A DNA stretch of 47,835 nucleotides from Woeseiaceae bacterium (GCA_029243005.1 JAQWSV010000216.1:1-47835); one strand, 5' to 3'. Numbered from the stretch's first letter, positions 17,198 to 27,081 are shown. Numbers and translations are program-made. Notes: generated by a model not told the origin, from the letters alone.

Positions 17198-18232
17198 GTG
17201 ATCAGTACTGATGTTGTCGTAGTCGGGGCAGGGCCCTGCGGTCTGTTCCAGGTCTTCGAGCTGGGTCTTCTCGGTCTCAAGGCACAAGTCATCGATTCGA
17301 TCCGCCAGCCGGGCGGGCAGTGCACCGAGTTGTATCCGGACAAGCCGATCTACGACATTCCAGCCATTCCCGAGTGCACGGGACAGGAGTTGACCGACGC
17401 GATCCTGAAACAGATCGAACCCTTCGATTACGGGTTGCATCTCGGCGAGGAAGTCCAAGTGGTCGAGCGCCAGGACGATGATACGTTCAACATCGAAACC
17501 AGTGCAGGCAAGCAGTTCAATTGCAAAGCTGTCGTAATTGCAGCAGGTGTCGGTTCATTTCAGCCACGGCCCATCCGCTTACCGAATGCGGAGGAGATGG
17601 CCGACATCTCCCTGCATTACCGCGTAAAGGATCCGTCCCGATTCGCCGGTAAAAAACTGGTGATTCTCGGCGGTGGTGATTCAGCGCTGGACTGGATCAT
17701 CGAGCTCGCTGACAAAGCCGAGAAAATTACGCTGGTTCATCGTCGCGACGAATACCGGGCCATGCCGGACTCCGTGAACAAGATGAAGCAACTTGTAGCC
17801 GATGGTGTGATCGATGAGATAACGAGCGCCAAGGCGTCGGCACTGAACGGCAAAGACGGCCAGGTGAGGTCTATCGTCATTCAGCCAAAGGAAGGGGATG
17901 CCGTCGAGGTCGAGGCTGACCACGTGCTCGTGTTCTTCGGTCTCGCGCCCAAGCTCGGTCCTATCGCCGACTGGGAACTTGACATTAATCGCAAGACGAT
18001 CAACGTCGATACAGAGAAATTCGAAACGTCAGAGCCCAGCATCCATGCCGTCGGCGACATTAATTTCTATCCCGGCAAGAAGAAGCTGATTCTGTGCGGA
18101 TTTCACGAGGCGGCTCTCGCCGCATTCGCTATCAAGCAGCGAATCGAACCGGATAAAAAGGTGCACGTGCAATACACGACGACGAGTCCGGTCATGCACA
18201 AACGACTGGGCGTCGAGGGCGACCCCGACTGA
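17198..18232 (+). CDS. Ferredoxin-NADP+ reductase, thioredoxin-reductase-like type
   Basis: GTG start after TAGGAG. VVVVGAGPCGLF (FAD), LVILGGGDSALDW (NADPH), HAVGDI. 344 aa. Confidence 0.85.
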   Translation: MISTDVVVVGAGPCGLFQVFELGLLGLKAQVIDSIRQPGGQCTELYPDKPIYDIPAIPECTGQELTDAILKQIEPFDYGLHLGEEVQVVERQDDDTFNIETSAGKQFNCKAVVIAAGVGSFQPRPIRLPNAEEMADISLHYRVKDPSRFAGKKLVILGGGDSALDWIIELADKAEKITLVHRRDEYRAMPDSVNKMKQLVADGVIDEITSAKASALNGKDGQVRSIVIQPKEGDAVEVEADHVLVFFGLAPKLGPIADWELDINRKTINVDTEKFETSEPSIHAVGDINFYPGKKKLILCGFHEAALAAFAIKQRIEPDKKVHVQYTTTSPVMHKRLGVEGDPD

Positions 18233-18254
18233 CGCGGTCTCGAGCTCGATCGAC

Positions 18255-18734
18255 TTACTGGCAACTCGCGCGCAGCGCGTCCAGCGATTCCGAAAATCCT
18301 GCCAGGTCGTAGGTCACGACGACCGGCCCTTCAGAGTAGGGCGCCACATCGGCCGTCAGCGTCTGACCGTCTTTCATGGCCTCAATAAGGCGCGCCGAAT
18401 CATCCCCTGATGGGCTGTAGGTGACTTTTTCGCTGCCGTCCACTCGCCACTTCAGCCACATGATGCGGCCATCGTCAACTTTGAACCCGACCTCGGTGCT
18501 GAATGAAGAGATGAATCTTGACCAATCGACCCGCGCCGTGATCGTTGGGTCGCCCGGAGTGCACCGAAACTCGATGCGTGGCGTCACGTCCTTCTGCGCG
18601 GTCTCATCCTTGATCGTATTGCCAGCGTTCTGCGAGATCCATTCGACCTCGCCGGAGCCGGACTGCCACAGTCCGGCCGCCATGCAGGCGATGGTGCAAA
18701 AGAGTGCGATGGTGCCCGTAATCAGTTTTCTCAT
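18255..18734 (-). CDS. Hypothetical exported protein
   Basis: Signal MRKLITGTIALFCTIACMAAG. Two more Cys (one internal, one penultimate at the C-terminus). No motif recognised. Confidence 0.55.
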   Translation of the reverse strand: MRKLITGTIALFCTIACMAAGLWQSGSGEVEWISQNAGNTIKDETAQKDVTPRIEFRCTPGDPTITARVDWSRFISSFSTEVGFKVDDGRIMWLKWRVDGSEKVTYSPSGDDSARLIEAMKDGQTLTADVAPYSEGPVVVTYDLAGFSESLDALRASCQ

Positions 18735-18752
18735 CGTTACTTCCTGGCGGCG

Positions 18753-20396
18753 TCATTCTTCTTTTTCAGCGTCCGGGTCTTCGAGCTGCGGATAATCGAT
18801 GCCGAGCTGTTCCAGGTAAGTGCCGTACTGAGATGGATCGTAATAGAACTCGCGCATCTTCTCCCGGTAGGTATTCATGATCTGCGCGTTTTTCTCAATA
18901 GCCGGTGGATCGTCCGGACCAATGAAGGGAACATAGGTTTCGTTCGCTGTCTGTTCTTCGCGGAAATAGGTCCAGGCATCATCGACAAGCTCGTCATCCG
19001 AAATCAAATCCAGCATCGTTGCTGCGACAACCTTTGCGCCTGCTGTGGCACCCTTATGTGCGATGGGTGTTGCCATCGCAATACCGCTGGACCAGTGATG
19101 AAATGTGGCACCTTCGATATTCGACGGAAAGCGTAGTGTTACCGTAGGCACGTTCCATGAGACGTCACCGATATCATCGGACCCCCCGGATTTCGGTTCA
19201 TCGAGCGGTGCCTGAAGTTCGTCAATTTCCAACCTGAGGCCATCCAGCTCCCTGGCACGACCACTGAGATCGGAACGATGCATGTAAGCCTGGAAGGCAC
19301 GCGCAAACTGCTGGTCATCTTCAGACCATTCGGGCATTCCCACCGAACGGATGTTCTCGTGCATGGCTTCTGCAATCGGACGATTGAAATGGCGCGGATA
19401 GGCGGCGCCAATGATGCGGCGGCTGACGCCAGTGTCGGTCATCATCGCTGCGCCTTCCGCGATGCGCTGCAGCGTGGCGAAGTTTTCTCGAATACCGTCT
19501 GCGGCGATTTCCCGAATGAAATACCAGACTGAGGCCTTCGATGGCACGACGTTGGGCTGATCGCCACCATCGACAATGACATAATGCGACCGCTGGAGCG
19601 GATGCAGGTGCTCACGTCGAAAGTTCCAGGCGACGTTCATGAGTTCGACCGCATCGAGGGCACTGCGCCCCTTCCAGGGGTCGCCTGCGCCATGCGCCGC
19701 TGCGCCGTCAAACTGATATTCGACTGAAACCAGTCCGGTACCGGTTGCCTGACCCCAGCTCGTCTGTAAAGAGTTGGACACGTGTGTAAACAGCACGGCA
19801 TCGACACCATCGAACCGACCATCCTTTGCAAACCAGGCTTTCGTCGCGACGAGTTCTTCCGCGATGCCCGGCCAGATCACGATGGTGCCCGGAATGCCGT
19901 CCCGTTCCATGATGTCTTTGACAGCAAGCGCGGCAGTGATGATGACGGCCTGTCCCGAGTTATGGCCTTCACCATGTCCAGGCGCGCCTTCCACCATCGG
20001 TTTTCGATAGGCAACGCCGGGCATCTGCGATGATTTCGGGATGCCGTCAACGTCCGAACCCAGGGCAATCACCGGTTTGCCGCTGCCCCAAGTGGCCCAC
20101 CAGGCACTGGGTATGCCCGACACGCCCTGTTCGACCTCGAAACCGTTCGATTCGAGAATCTCTGTCAGGTAACGCTGGGTTTCAAATTCCTGGAAGCCGA
20201 GTTCGCCAAAGGAAAACAAACTGTCGACGATTTCCTGGGTCAGCTTTGCATTGTCGCCCACCATCTCGACGGCTTCAGCTTTCAGGCCTGTCAGGGATTG
20301 CGGTGGACCTTCGACCGCAATGACTTCGTCCTGGGCGTAGGCGAACTGAATAAGTGACAGCGCCGCGGTGGCGGCGACTAAGAGCTTGCGCTTCAT
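18753..20396 (-). CDS. M20D-type amidohydrolase/peptidase, exported
   Basis: Signal MKRKLLVAATAALSLIQFAYA. PGHGEGHNSGQAV metal motif. 547 aa. Confidence 0.85.
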   Translation of the reverse strand: MKRKLLVAATAALSLIQFAYAQDEVIAVEGPPQSLTGLKAEAVEMVGDNAKLTQEIVDSLFSFGELGFQEFETQRYLTEILESNGFEVEQGVSGIPSAWWATWGSGKPVIALGSDVDGIPKSSQMPGVAYRKPMVEGAPGHGEGHNSGQAVIITAALAVKDIMERDGIPGTIVIWPGIAEELVATKAWFAKDGRFDGVDAVLFTHVSNSLQTSWGQATGTGLVSVEYQFDGAAAHGAGDPWKGRSALDAVELMNVAWNFRREHLHPLQRSHYVIVDGGDQPNVVPSKASVWYFIREIAADGIRENFATLQRIAEGAAMMTDTGVSRRIIGAAYPRHFNRPIAEAMHENIRSVGMPEWSEDDQQFARAFQAYMHRSDLSGRARELDGLRLEIDELQAPLDEPKSGGSDDIGDVSWNVPTVTLRFPSNIEGATFHHWSSGIAMATPIAHKGATAGAKVVAATMLDLISDDELVDDAWTYFREEQTANETYVPFIGPDDPPAIEKNAQIMNTYREKMREFYYDPSQYGTYLEQLGIDYPQLEDPDAEKEE

Positions 20397-20550
20397 TGGA
20401 TCCCCCGTTTTCGATGTTTTTCTGGTGCTGGACCACCGATGCCATGGAATTATACCGCAGCAGGGGGGCGATTGGCGCAGGACCAGCGATTAGGTTAGTC
20501 TCAGAAAGCGTAACCGCAAGCAATTATCGGCCACCCCGGGGGAACTGAAA

Positions 20551-21420
20551 ATGTTGAAGTTTGTTCAGATTGCATGCCTTTCCACAGCCTTGTTAGCGCC
20601 GGCTCTGGCAGTGGCCCAGGACTTCGATGACGTCGTCATTACGGTGCATCCTGTGGCCGGCAATGTCAGCTATATGGAAGGACAAGGCGGCAATATCGGC
20701 CTGTTCGTTGGCGAGGACGGCGTATTCCTGATCGATGACCAGTATGCACCCCTGACCGGGCGCATCGTCGACGCGATCCGGGATATCTCCGATGCGCCGA
20801 TTCGGTTCCTCGTTAACACGCACATGCATCCCGACCATACCGGGGGCAATGAGAACTTCGGGGAAATGGGGACGACGATCTTCGGACATGACAACGTGCG
20901 TACGCAGATGGAGATTGCGGGCTATGCACAAGAGCCGCCACTGATCACGTTCAATGATGAATTGTCCTTTCACATCAACGGGGAAACCGTGCACGTCTTC
21001 AAGGTGCCGGACGCACATACCAACGGTGATGTGTTCATCCGATTTATGGGCTCCAACGTCGTTCACACAGGCGACGTGTATCGAACGACGACCTTTCCCT
21101 TTATCGACCTCAACAACGGCGGCAGTTTCATCGGCACGATCGATGCGCTGAATCTTTTACTGGCTGTATCTGACGAGCAAACGAAAATAATTCCAGGCCA
21201 TGGCGTTATCTCGAACATTGCCGAGGTTGCGGCATGGCGTGACATGCTGGTGACGATCCGGGATCGTGTTGCGGCGGCTATTCGCGATGGCATGTCGCTG
21301 GAGGAGATCCAGGGTGCGGGACTGACCGCAGAGTACGATGAACGCTGGGCAGCCAGTGGCCGAATCGGTGGTTCTGCATCCATGTTGGCAGCGGTGTACG
21401 CCGACCTCGCTGGCGATTAA
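20551..21420 (+). CDS. MBL-fold metallo-hydrolase, exported
   Basis: Signal MLKFVQIACLSTALLAPALAVA. NTHMHPDHTGGN (HxHxDH). Confidence 0.88.
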   Translation: MLKFVQIACLSTALLAPALAVAQDFDDVVITVHPVAGNVSYMEGQGGNIGLFVGEDGVFLIDDQYAPLTGRIVDAIRDISDAPIRFLVNTHMHPDHTGGNENFGEMGTTIFGHDNVRTQMEIAGYAQEPPLITFNDELSFHINGETVHVFKVPDAHTNGDVFIRFMGSNVVHTGDVYRTTTFPFIDLNNGGSFIGTIDALNLLLAVSDEQTKIIPGHGVISNIAEVAAWRDMLVTIRDRVAAAIRDGMSLEEIQGAGLTAEYDERWAASGRIGGSASMLAAVYADLAGD

Positions 21421-21563
21421 AAATGGTTCAAGATTTGGGGAATCGCGCTTGACGATGGGCGACTCCCAACCCGATGCTAATGCGTGCAATAGCTGGCTGA
21501 CGGTTCTCAGATCGGGGGCGGGGTCAGTTTTTATCTATCCCCGCAGGATACCGGAACGGGGGG

Positions 21564-22034
21564 TTACCGTTTCCGCCAGATCCAGTCGTAACGATCGCCA
21601 TTTGGGAGCGTGAAGTAAATGACAAGCAGGTCTTCCCGCCACTCGTAATTGAGATTGGACGTCGTGCCGACTTCCCGCGGATTCTCGGAGATGTCCCGGT
21701 ACCACACGAGCTTCCCGTTTGCCGCCTCGTATTGACCTGTATGACCGTTAATGTCGAGCCACGCCCTCAGGTAGGCGATCTGATCCGTGGTGGGCATCTC
21801 GGCAACCTCGTCGTCGGCAACGAACGCCCGGTCGGGATTCATAGTCATCATGGAATAGTGGCCGTGAGCCATGATCAAAAGGCCCCGGCGGTTGGCCGCT
21901 TCGGGTGACTCGCCGGTTCGGGTATTCGTCAACGAGACGCGCTCCCAGGCACCTTCGAGACGATCATCGGCGGTGACGCTCGTCGACACGAGCAGGGCGA
22001 TGAGGCAGATACTAAAGCGGGTCAATGTCTTCAT
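21564..22034 (-). CDS. Hypothetical exported protein (lipocalin-like beta-rich domain?)
   Basis: Signal MKTLTRFSICLIALLVSTSVTA. No catalytic motif. It overlaps the end of the upstream alpha/beta hydrolase gene by 23 nt. Confidence 0.55.
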   Translation of the reverse strand: MKTLTRFSICLIALLVSTSVTADDRLEGAWERVSLTNTRTGESPEAANRRGLLIMAHGHYSMMTMNPDRAFVADDEVAEMPTTDQIAYLRAWLDINGHTGQYEAANGKLVWYRDISENPREVGTTSNLNYEWREDLLVIYFTLPNGDRYDWIWRKR

Positions 22035-22905
22035 AGCGCGTCGGTGCTGTGTTGATCAGGAAAGGGAGTACGGCGTCGAGGAATGCGTCGGTGGCTTCCA
22101 TCTGCGGCAAATGGCTGGTGCGGTCGATAATACGTACTACTGAACCCTCGATGTCATTGCCGAGCCGCTCTGCATTGCCGGGTGAGGATACTTTGTCTTC
22201 CGCGCCCCACACGACCAGCGTGGGCAGCTTGATCTGGTGCATTTCTTCTTCCGTCAGGTCACCGCCTTCGAGCAACATGTCGCCGATTGCCGCTGCCGAG
22301 TTCACCCACATCCGGAAGGCATTCTCGACCCATTCGTCGGTGACGTCATTCGGGTTGTAAACTCGTCGCTCGAGCAGCCCACGCGTTGTTGCGAGGCTGG
22401 AGCCCGTCGCGACGCGGCGAAAGTGAATCATGCCTTCCGATAATGGTTGGCTTAAGTCCCGATCCGGGTTTCGGTAACCTGCACCATCCACAAGAATCAG
22501 CCCACCAATTCTCTCCGGGTGATGAAACGCCGTGTAGGTAGCCGTGTTCGCACCCATCGCGTGGCCCATCAAGATCACATTTCTCAACTCAAGCGCTTCG
22601 ATAAATCCGGCGAGGAACTGGCCCAGTAGGGCGTTGTGGTAGTGAACGTCCGGTTTGTCAGAATTGTGAAACCCGATGAAGTCCATGACGATGACATGAT
22701 GTTTTTCGGCCAGGGGCTCGATGATCGGTTCCCATTCGTTCAAGCCGCCCCAAAGACCGTGCAGCAAAATGATTGGTGGGCCGTTGCCGGTTTCGGCGTA
22801 GTGGATGTATTGCCCGTAAACGTTGACGTCACGAGGCACGAGCTCGGCTGGTTGCGCTGTGGTGCACAGAGCCAAGACAGTCAGCATCACGAATGTTCGC
22901 CTCAT
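22012..22905 (-). CDS. Alpha/beta-fold hydrolase family protein, exported; Ser replaced by Ala in the nucleophile elbow
   Basis: Start MRRTFVMLTVLALCTTAQPA at 22905. ILLHGLWGG (oxyanion region). The elbow reads GHAMG, with the Ala codon GCG at 22558-22560, where GHSMG is expected. C-terminal SHLPQME retains the His. Confidence 0.8.
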   Translation of the reverse strand: MRRTFVMLTVLALCTTAQPAELVPRDVNVYGQYIHYAETGNGPPIILLHGLWGGLNEWEPIIEPLAEKHHVIVMDFIGFHNSDKPDVHYHNALLGQFLAGFIEALELRNVILMGHAMGANTATYTAFHHPERIGGLILVDGAGYRNPDRDLSQPLSEGMIHFRRVATGSSLATTRGLLERRVYNPNDVTDEWVENAFRMWVNSAAAIGDMLLEGGDLTEEEMHQIKLPTLVVWGAEDKVSSPGNAERLGNDIEGSVVRIIDRTSHLPQMEATDAFLDAVLPFLINTAPTRYEDIDPL

Positions 22906-22985
22906 GTTGCGAGTGTAGCGCAAAACCGGTTTTGCTCCCCGTCCCGGCAGACGGCACAATGCGTGAGTCCATGGGAGATCTAACA

Positions 22986-24329
22986 ATGACAAGAAAACTG
23001 CTCGCTTTTTTCGCTATTTTGTCCGTCACCGGCGCTGCTATCGCTGATCCCAAGGTACTGTCCATGCGGGACCGTGCCGACACGATCGACATGCTACTCA
23101 AAGACCGGGTCGAGACGGTACTGCCGGCTTTGATGCGAAAGACCAGCATCGACATGTGGATCATTATCTCGCGGGAATACAACGAAGATCCGGTGATCAA
23201 GACCTTCCTGCCGGCCCGATGGCACGCTGCCCGGCGCACGACGGTCCTGATGATTACCGACCCCGGGGACGGTCAGCCACTCGAGACGTTGAGCGTGTCC
23301 CGGTATGCGGTCGGCGAGATCTTTGCAGGTGCCTGGAACAAGGAAGAGGACGGCGAACAGTGGGCGCACCTCGGCAGGCTCATCGCCGAGCGGGATCCGG
23401 ATCGGATTGGCCTCAATTTCTCAGAGACCTGGGGTCATGCGGACGGTATTGCGCACACCGAGTACGAGCTGTTTCGGGCCGCACTGTCTGAGCGTTTGCA
23501 CAGCCGTATTGTGTCTGCTGAAAAGCTCGCAGTTGGCTGGCTGGAAACCCGGTCGCCGGCCGAAATGGAGATCTATCCACATATAGTCAGAATTGCGCAT
23601 GAGATTCTTGCGGAGGGCTTGTCCGAAGCGGTGATCCAGCCCGGTGTGACCACGACGGACGACGTTGCTTGGTGGTACCGCGAGCGTATTCGCGAATTAA
23701 AGCTGACAACCTGGTTCCACCCATCGGTATCCATCGATCGCGCCGAAGCACCAGAGTCGAGCATGAGTGACTGGGCGCTGTCGCGTTACGAGTCCGAAGT
23801 CATTCTGCCGGGCGACCTGTTGCACGTCGATTTCGGAATCACCTACCTGCGCCTGAATACCGATACGCAGCAGCATGCTTACGTATTGAAGCCGGGCGAA
23901 ACCGATGCGCCGGATGAGCTAAAGTTGGCACTGGCCAATGGCAACCGTCTGCAGGACATACTGACGAACAATATTGAGACCGGCCGCACCGGCAACGATA
24001 TCCTGCGGGCGTCACTGAACCAGGCGAAGGAAGAAGGTATTACGCCTTCCATCTATACGCACCCGATCGGTTATCACGGCCATGCTGCCGGCACGACAAT
24101 CGGCATGTGGGATCAGCAGGACGGTGTGCCAGGTGACGGCGAGTATCCCATCAATCCCAACACGGCCTATTCAATCGAGCTCTATGCGGAAACTGACATC
24201 CCGAGCTGGGGCAAGGCGGTGCGTATCCGGCTGGAGGAAGACGCCTACTATGACGGCGAGTTGACCTGGTACATCGATGGCCGTCAAAGGGCGTTTCTGT
24301 TGATCCCGCGTCAGCCTGCCGTGCAGTGA
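22986..24329 (+). CDS. M24-family metallopeptidase (Xaa-Pro aminopeptidase-like), exported
   Basis: Start MTRKLLAFFAILSVTGAAIA at 22986. Pita-bread C-terminal region LLHVDFGITY...THPIGYHGHAAG...IELYAE. Confidence 0.8.
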   Translation: MTRKLLAFFAILSVTGAAIADPKVLSMRDRADTIDMLLKDRVETVLPALMRKTSIDMWIIISREYNEDPVIKTFLPARWHAARRTTVLMITDPGDGQPLETLSVSRYAVGEIFAGAWNKEEDGEQWAHLGRLIAERDPDRIGLNFSETWGHADGIAHTEYELFRAALSERLHSRIVSAEKLAVGWLETRSPAEMEIYPHIVRIAHEILAEGLSEAVIQPGVTTTDDVAWWYRERIRELKLTTWFHPSVSIDRAEAPESSMSDWALSRYESEVILPGDLLHVDFGITYLRLNTDTQQHAYVLKPGETDAPDELKLALANGNRLQDILTNNIETGRTGNDILRASLNQAKEEGITPSIYTHPIGYHGHAAGTTIGMWDQQDGVPGDGEYPINPNTAYSIELYAETDIPSWGKAVRIRLEEDAYYDGELTWYIDGRQRAFLLIPRQPAVQ

Positions 24330-24334
24330 GGTCT

Positions 24335-24466
24335 TCCATTAAAGCAATGTCAGGCATGCTGGACATGGTTAGCCGACGGCTGCTCGATAACGCGCGCGAC
24401 GTGGTATTTCTTCGCACGGGAGGCGCACCGGCCATTCATCCTTACGCGGAATTTCTGCGGTCCTGA
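24335..24466 (+). pseudogene. 3'-terminal remnant of a D-cysteine desulfhydrase/ACC-deaminase-family gene
   Basis: The frame ending at TGA 24464-24466 reads SIKAMSGMLDMVSRRLLDNARDVVFLRTGGAPAIHPYAEFLRS. This aligns with the C-terminus of the intact paralog at 25939-26934 (SGKGLAGMIDLVRKGYFDQSENIVFLHTGGSAGLFGY). Nothing corresponding to the remaining ~300 codons lies upstream, because the M24 gene ends at 24329. Confidence 0.55.
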
Positions 24467-24610
24467 CAATCGGCCGTGACGATTTTGAAGACAGAAATTG
24501 TCGACAGAGTATCAGTCTGACGGCCAGGCACGGGACTGACGACGAAACGGAGCGATACAATTCGCGTCAATTAATACCCCATTACGAGTAGCTCGTGTGT
24601 TGACCGGTCG

Positions 24611-25105
24611 CTACGGCTCGAGAAGTTTCGCCTGCTGCAGCAGGTCGTCGATCACGGCTTCCGGATAGGAGAGCAGGTGGCCGAACCGTCGCGCGATTTC
24701 CTCGCGCTCCTCGCCTTCGTAGTTACCCGCTTCAACCAGCGTTTCCTTGCCGGCCTTCAGGGCCAGGTATTTGTCCAGCGTGTCGCCCGTATAAATAAGC
24801 AGGACATGCTTGCTCTCAGCCACGTCGGCTGGGTACAGGTCGGTCACGAGGAAATCGGTCTCCCGCCAAATTTCGACCCGATTGCGCTTCGCAATAACAG
24901 CAGCATCTTCCATGGCGTCATCCATTTCATCGGGACGCATGACTTCGCTCAATGCCAGCGTCTTGACACCCAGCCTGACGACCTCGGCGAATCCTCCCAT
25001 GATGCCGAGCTGGTACGACCTTTCGTCGATGCCGGATTCATGCGGCGTCGCCATTCCTGCCAGCAGGACCATGATGGCGCTGATGAGAGTTTTTGTTGTC
25101 TTCAT
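24611..25105 (-). CDS. Hypothetical exported protein
   Basis: Signal MKTTKTLISAIMVLLAGMA. Acidic protein with no recognised motif. Confidence 0.55.
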   Translation of the reverse strand: MKTTKTLISAIMVLLAGMATPHESGIDERSYQLGIMGGFAEVVRLGVKTLALSEVMRPDEMDDAMEDAAVIAKRNRVEIWRETDFLVTDLYPADVAESKHVLLIYTGDTLDKYLALKAGKETLVEAGNYEGEEREEIARRFGHLLSYPEAVIDDLLQQAKLLEP

Positions 25106-25196
25106 TCAAGCCCTCCTGCCCGAATCACAAAGGTTACCCGATCGTCGCGAAAAGGGTGATATTCTCGCTGCCAATCCGATAGCAGGCGGGTCTACG

Positions 25197-25928
25197 GTGA
25201 GCGATCAGTCGAGAAAAATAGCAGGTGTAATGGGGGGGATGGGCCCGGACGCGACGGTCGATTTCATGGCCAAGGTCGTCGCCATGACCGACTCCGGACA
25301 TGACCAGGACCATGTTCATATGATTGTGGATCAGGACCCCACCGTTCCCAATAGGCAAACCGCGATCGATGGCGGGGTGGATGATGTCACACCAAGGCTG
25401 GCCCAGATGGCCATTCGTCTGGAGAGAGCCGGCGCCGATTTCCTAGTGCTGGTGTGTAACACCGCGCATGTTTTTCTCTGTGGTGTCCGCGCGGAAACCT
25501 CCATTCCCTTCATCAGCATAATCGAGGAATCGATCGCCGAAGTCGGTCGGGTAGCACCTGATGCGCGAACCGTTGGCGTGATGGCGACACACAGCTGCCT
25601 CGATACTGGCATCTACCAGAATGAGATCGTCCGCTCTGGACGCCAGGCAGTCATTCCAGATGAATCGGGTCGCGCCGAACTCATGCGGCTGATCAATAAG
25701 ATCAAGGCAGGCGACAAGAGCGCCGATGTCGCTGCCAGCATGGAGGCCATCGCTCAGTCACTGGTCGATGAAGGTGTTGATGTTATAATCGGAGGCTGCA
25801 CTGAAATTCCGATCGTTTTCGAAGGCGATGACTTTACCGTGCCAGTCATTGCATCCACGAATGTCCTAGCGAGTCGCACGCTCGCGCTTGCAAAGGGCTA
25901 CGAGCCCCTACCGAAGAAAAACACCTAA
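25197..25928 (+). CDS. Aspartate/glutamate-type amino-acid racemase
   Basis: I chose GTG 25197 (VSDQSRKIAGVMGGMGPDATVDF). Both catalytic Cys contexts are present: LVCNTAHVF and IGGCTEIPIV. The track ORF start at 24810 is an antisense over-extension. Confidence 0.8.
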   Translation: MSDQSRKIAGVMGGMGPDATVDFMAKVVAMTDSGHDQDHVHMIVDQDPTVPNRQTAIDGGVDDVTPRLAQMAIRLERAGADFLVLVCNTAHVFLCGVRAETSIPFISIIEESIAEVGRVAPDARTVGVMATHSCLDTGIYQNEIVRSGRQAVIPDESGRAELMRLINKIKAGDKSADVAASMEAIAQSLVDEGVDVIIGGCTEIPIVFEGDDFTVPVIASTNVLASRTLALAKGYEPLPKKNT

Positions 25929-25938
25929 TGGAGCAAAC

Positions 25939-26934
25939 ATGCTGTCACAGTTTCCCCGTGTAATCCTTGCGCATCTCCCGACGCCGCTTGAACATGCGCC
26001 CAGGCTGAGCGAAGCTCTCGGCGGACCGCAGATCTATATCAAGCGCGACGACTGTACCGGCCTTGCTACAGGCGGCAACAAAACCCGCAAACTCGAATTC
26101 GTGATGGCAGATGCTCTTGAGAACAAGGCGGATGTCGTCATCACGCAAGGTGCAGTGCAGTCCAATCACGCGCGGCAGACTGCTGCGGCTGCCTGCAAAC
26201 TGGGCATGGCCTGCGAAATGATCTTCGAACATCGCGTCACCGACGCTGATGATGCCTACCTCAATTCCGGCAATGTGTTCCTCGATCGCATGTATGGCGC
26301 AACGATTCACGAAGTGGAGAAAGGGACTGACATGGACGCGGCTATGGAGACGCGCGCGGACGAACTGCGGGCCGAGGGAAAAACGCCATACATTATCTCC
26401 GGTGGTGCGTCGAACAAGATCGGTGCACTGGGCTATATCGATTGCGCGCTCGAAACCATGACACAGGCTGACGAGCAGGAAGTCGATATCGGTCATATCG
26501 TGCATGCGACCGGCAGTGGTGGCACGCAGGCAGGTCTTATGGTCGGCCTGCAGACCAGTGGTTCGGATATCGGCTTGCTGGGTATAGGTGTCGCCTCTCC
26601 CTACGAGGAGCAAATCGACAAAGTGTGGAGGGTTGCAGAGCCGACCGCCGAATATGTTGGGTCACCCGGCTGTGTCCGCCGCGAAGATATCAAAGTAAAC
26701 ACCGACTACACCGGTGAGGGCTATGGTCTGTCGACACCCGAAATGGAAGAAGCGGTGCTGATGCTAGCGCGCCTCGAGGGCATTCTTTTTGACCCAGTCT
26801 ACAGTGGCAAGGGCCTGGCAGGCATGATCGATCTTGTCCGCAAAGGGTATTTTGATCAGTCTGAAAACATCGTCTTCCTTCATACCGGGGGTTCCGCCGG
26901 ATTATTCGGTTACAGTTCGATCCTGAGCCTGTAG
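25939..26934 (+). CDS. PLP-dependent D-cysteine desulfhydrase / ACC deaminase family enzyme
   Basis: ATG 25939 after GGAG. LPTPLE, KRDDCTGLATGGNKTRKLEF (PLP Lys), VFLHTGGSAGLFGY. Confidence 0.85.
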   Translation: MLSQFPRVILAHLPTPLEHAPRLSEALGGPQIYIKRDDCTGLATGGNKTRKLEFVMADALENKADVVITQGAVQSNHARQTAAAACKLGMACEMIFEHRVTDADDAYLNSGNVFLDRMYGATIHEVEKGTDMDAAMETRADELRAEGKTPYIISGGASNKIGALGYIDCALETMTQADEQEVDIGHIVHATGSGGTQAGLMVGLQTSGSDIGLLGIGVASPYEEQIDKVWRVAEPTAEYVGSPGCVRREDIKVNTDYTGEGYGLSTPEMEEAVLMLARLEGILFDPVYSGKGLAGMIDLVRKGYFDQSENIVFLHTGGSAGLFGYSSILSL

Positions 26935-26999
26935 CAGCATACGTAATATAGGTTGGACGATTTTTAAAACTACGCACTATACGTATTGACCCTCCTTCA

Positions 27000-27029
27000 A
27001 GCCTCATTAAACTTGCAGGCTGTTTTTTT
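27000..27029 (+). terminator. Weak candidate rho-independent terminator
   Basis: AGCCT (27000-27004) pairs with AGGCT (27017-27021), with a 12-nt loop followed by T7 (27023-27029). Confidence 0.3.
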
Positions 27030-27081
27030 GCCCGTTTAATCAATTTTTTAGTTGCGCTGTCAACTACCGCTTGGGGGTACC

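Noticed and set aside
24810-25196. N-terminal 129 codons of the 372-aa track ORF 24810-25928
   Set aside because: This part is antisense to the exported hypothetical gene 24611-25105. Racemase homology (GGMGPDAT) begins only after GTG 25197.
25945-26613. 222-aa minus-strand ORF. Similar cases are 45308-45976 (-), 38967-39677 (+), 39541-40152 (+), 8745-9260 (-), 10357-10869 (-), 46567-47091 (-) and 26690-27328 (-).
   Set aside because: All of them lie antisense to, or straddle, genes with strong family motifs. None has a signal peptide, motif or start context of its own.
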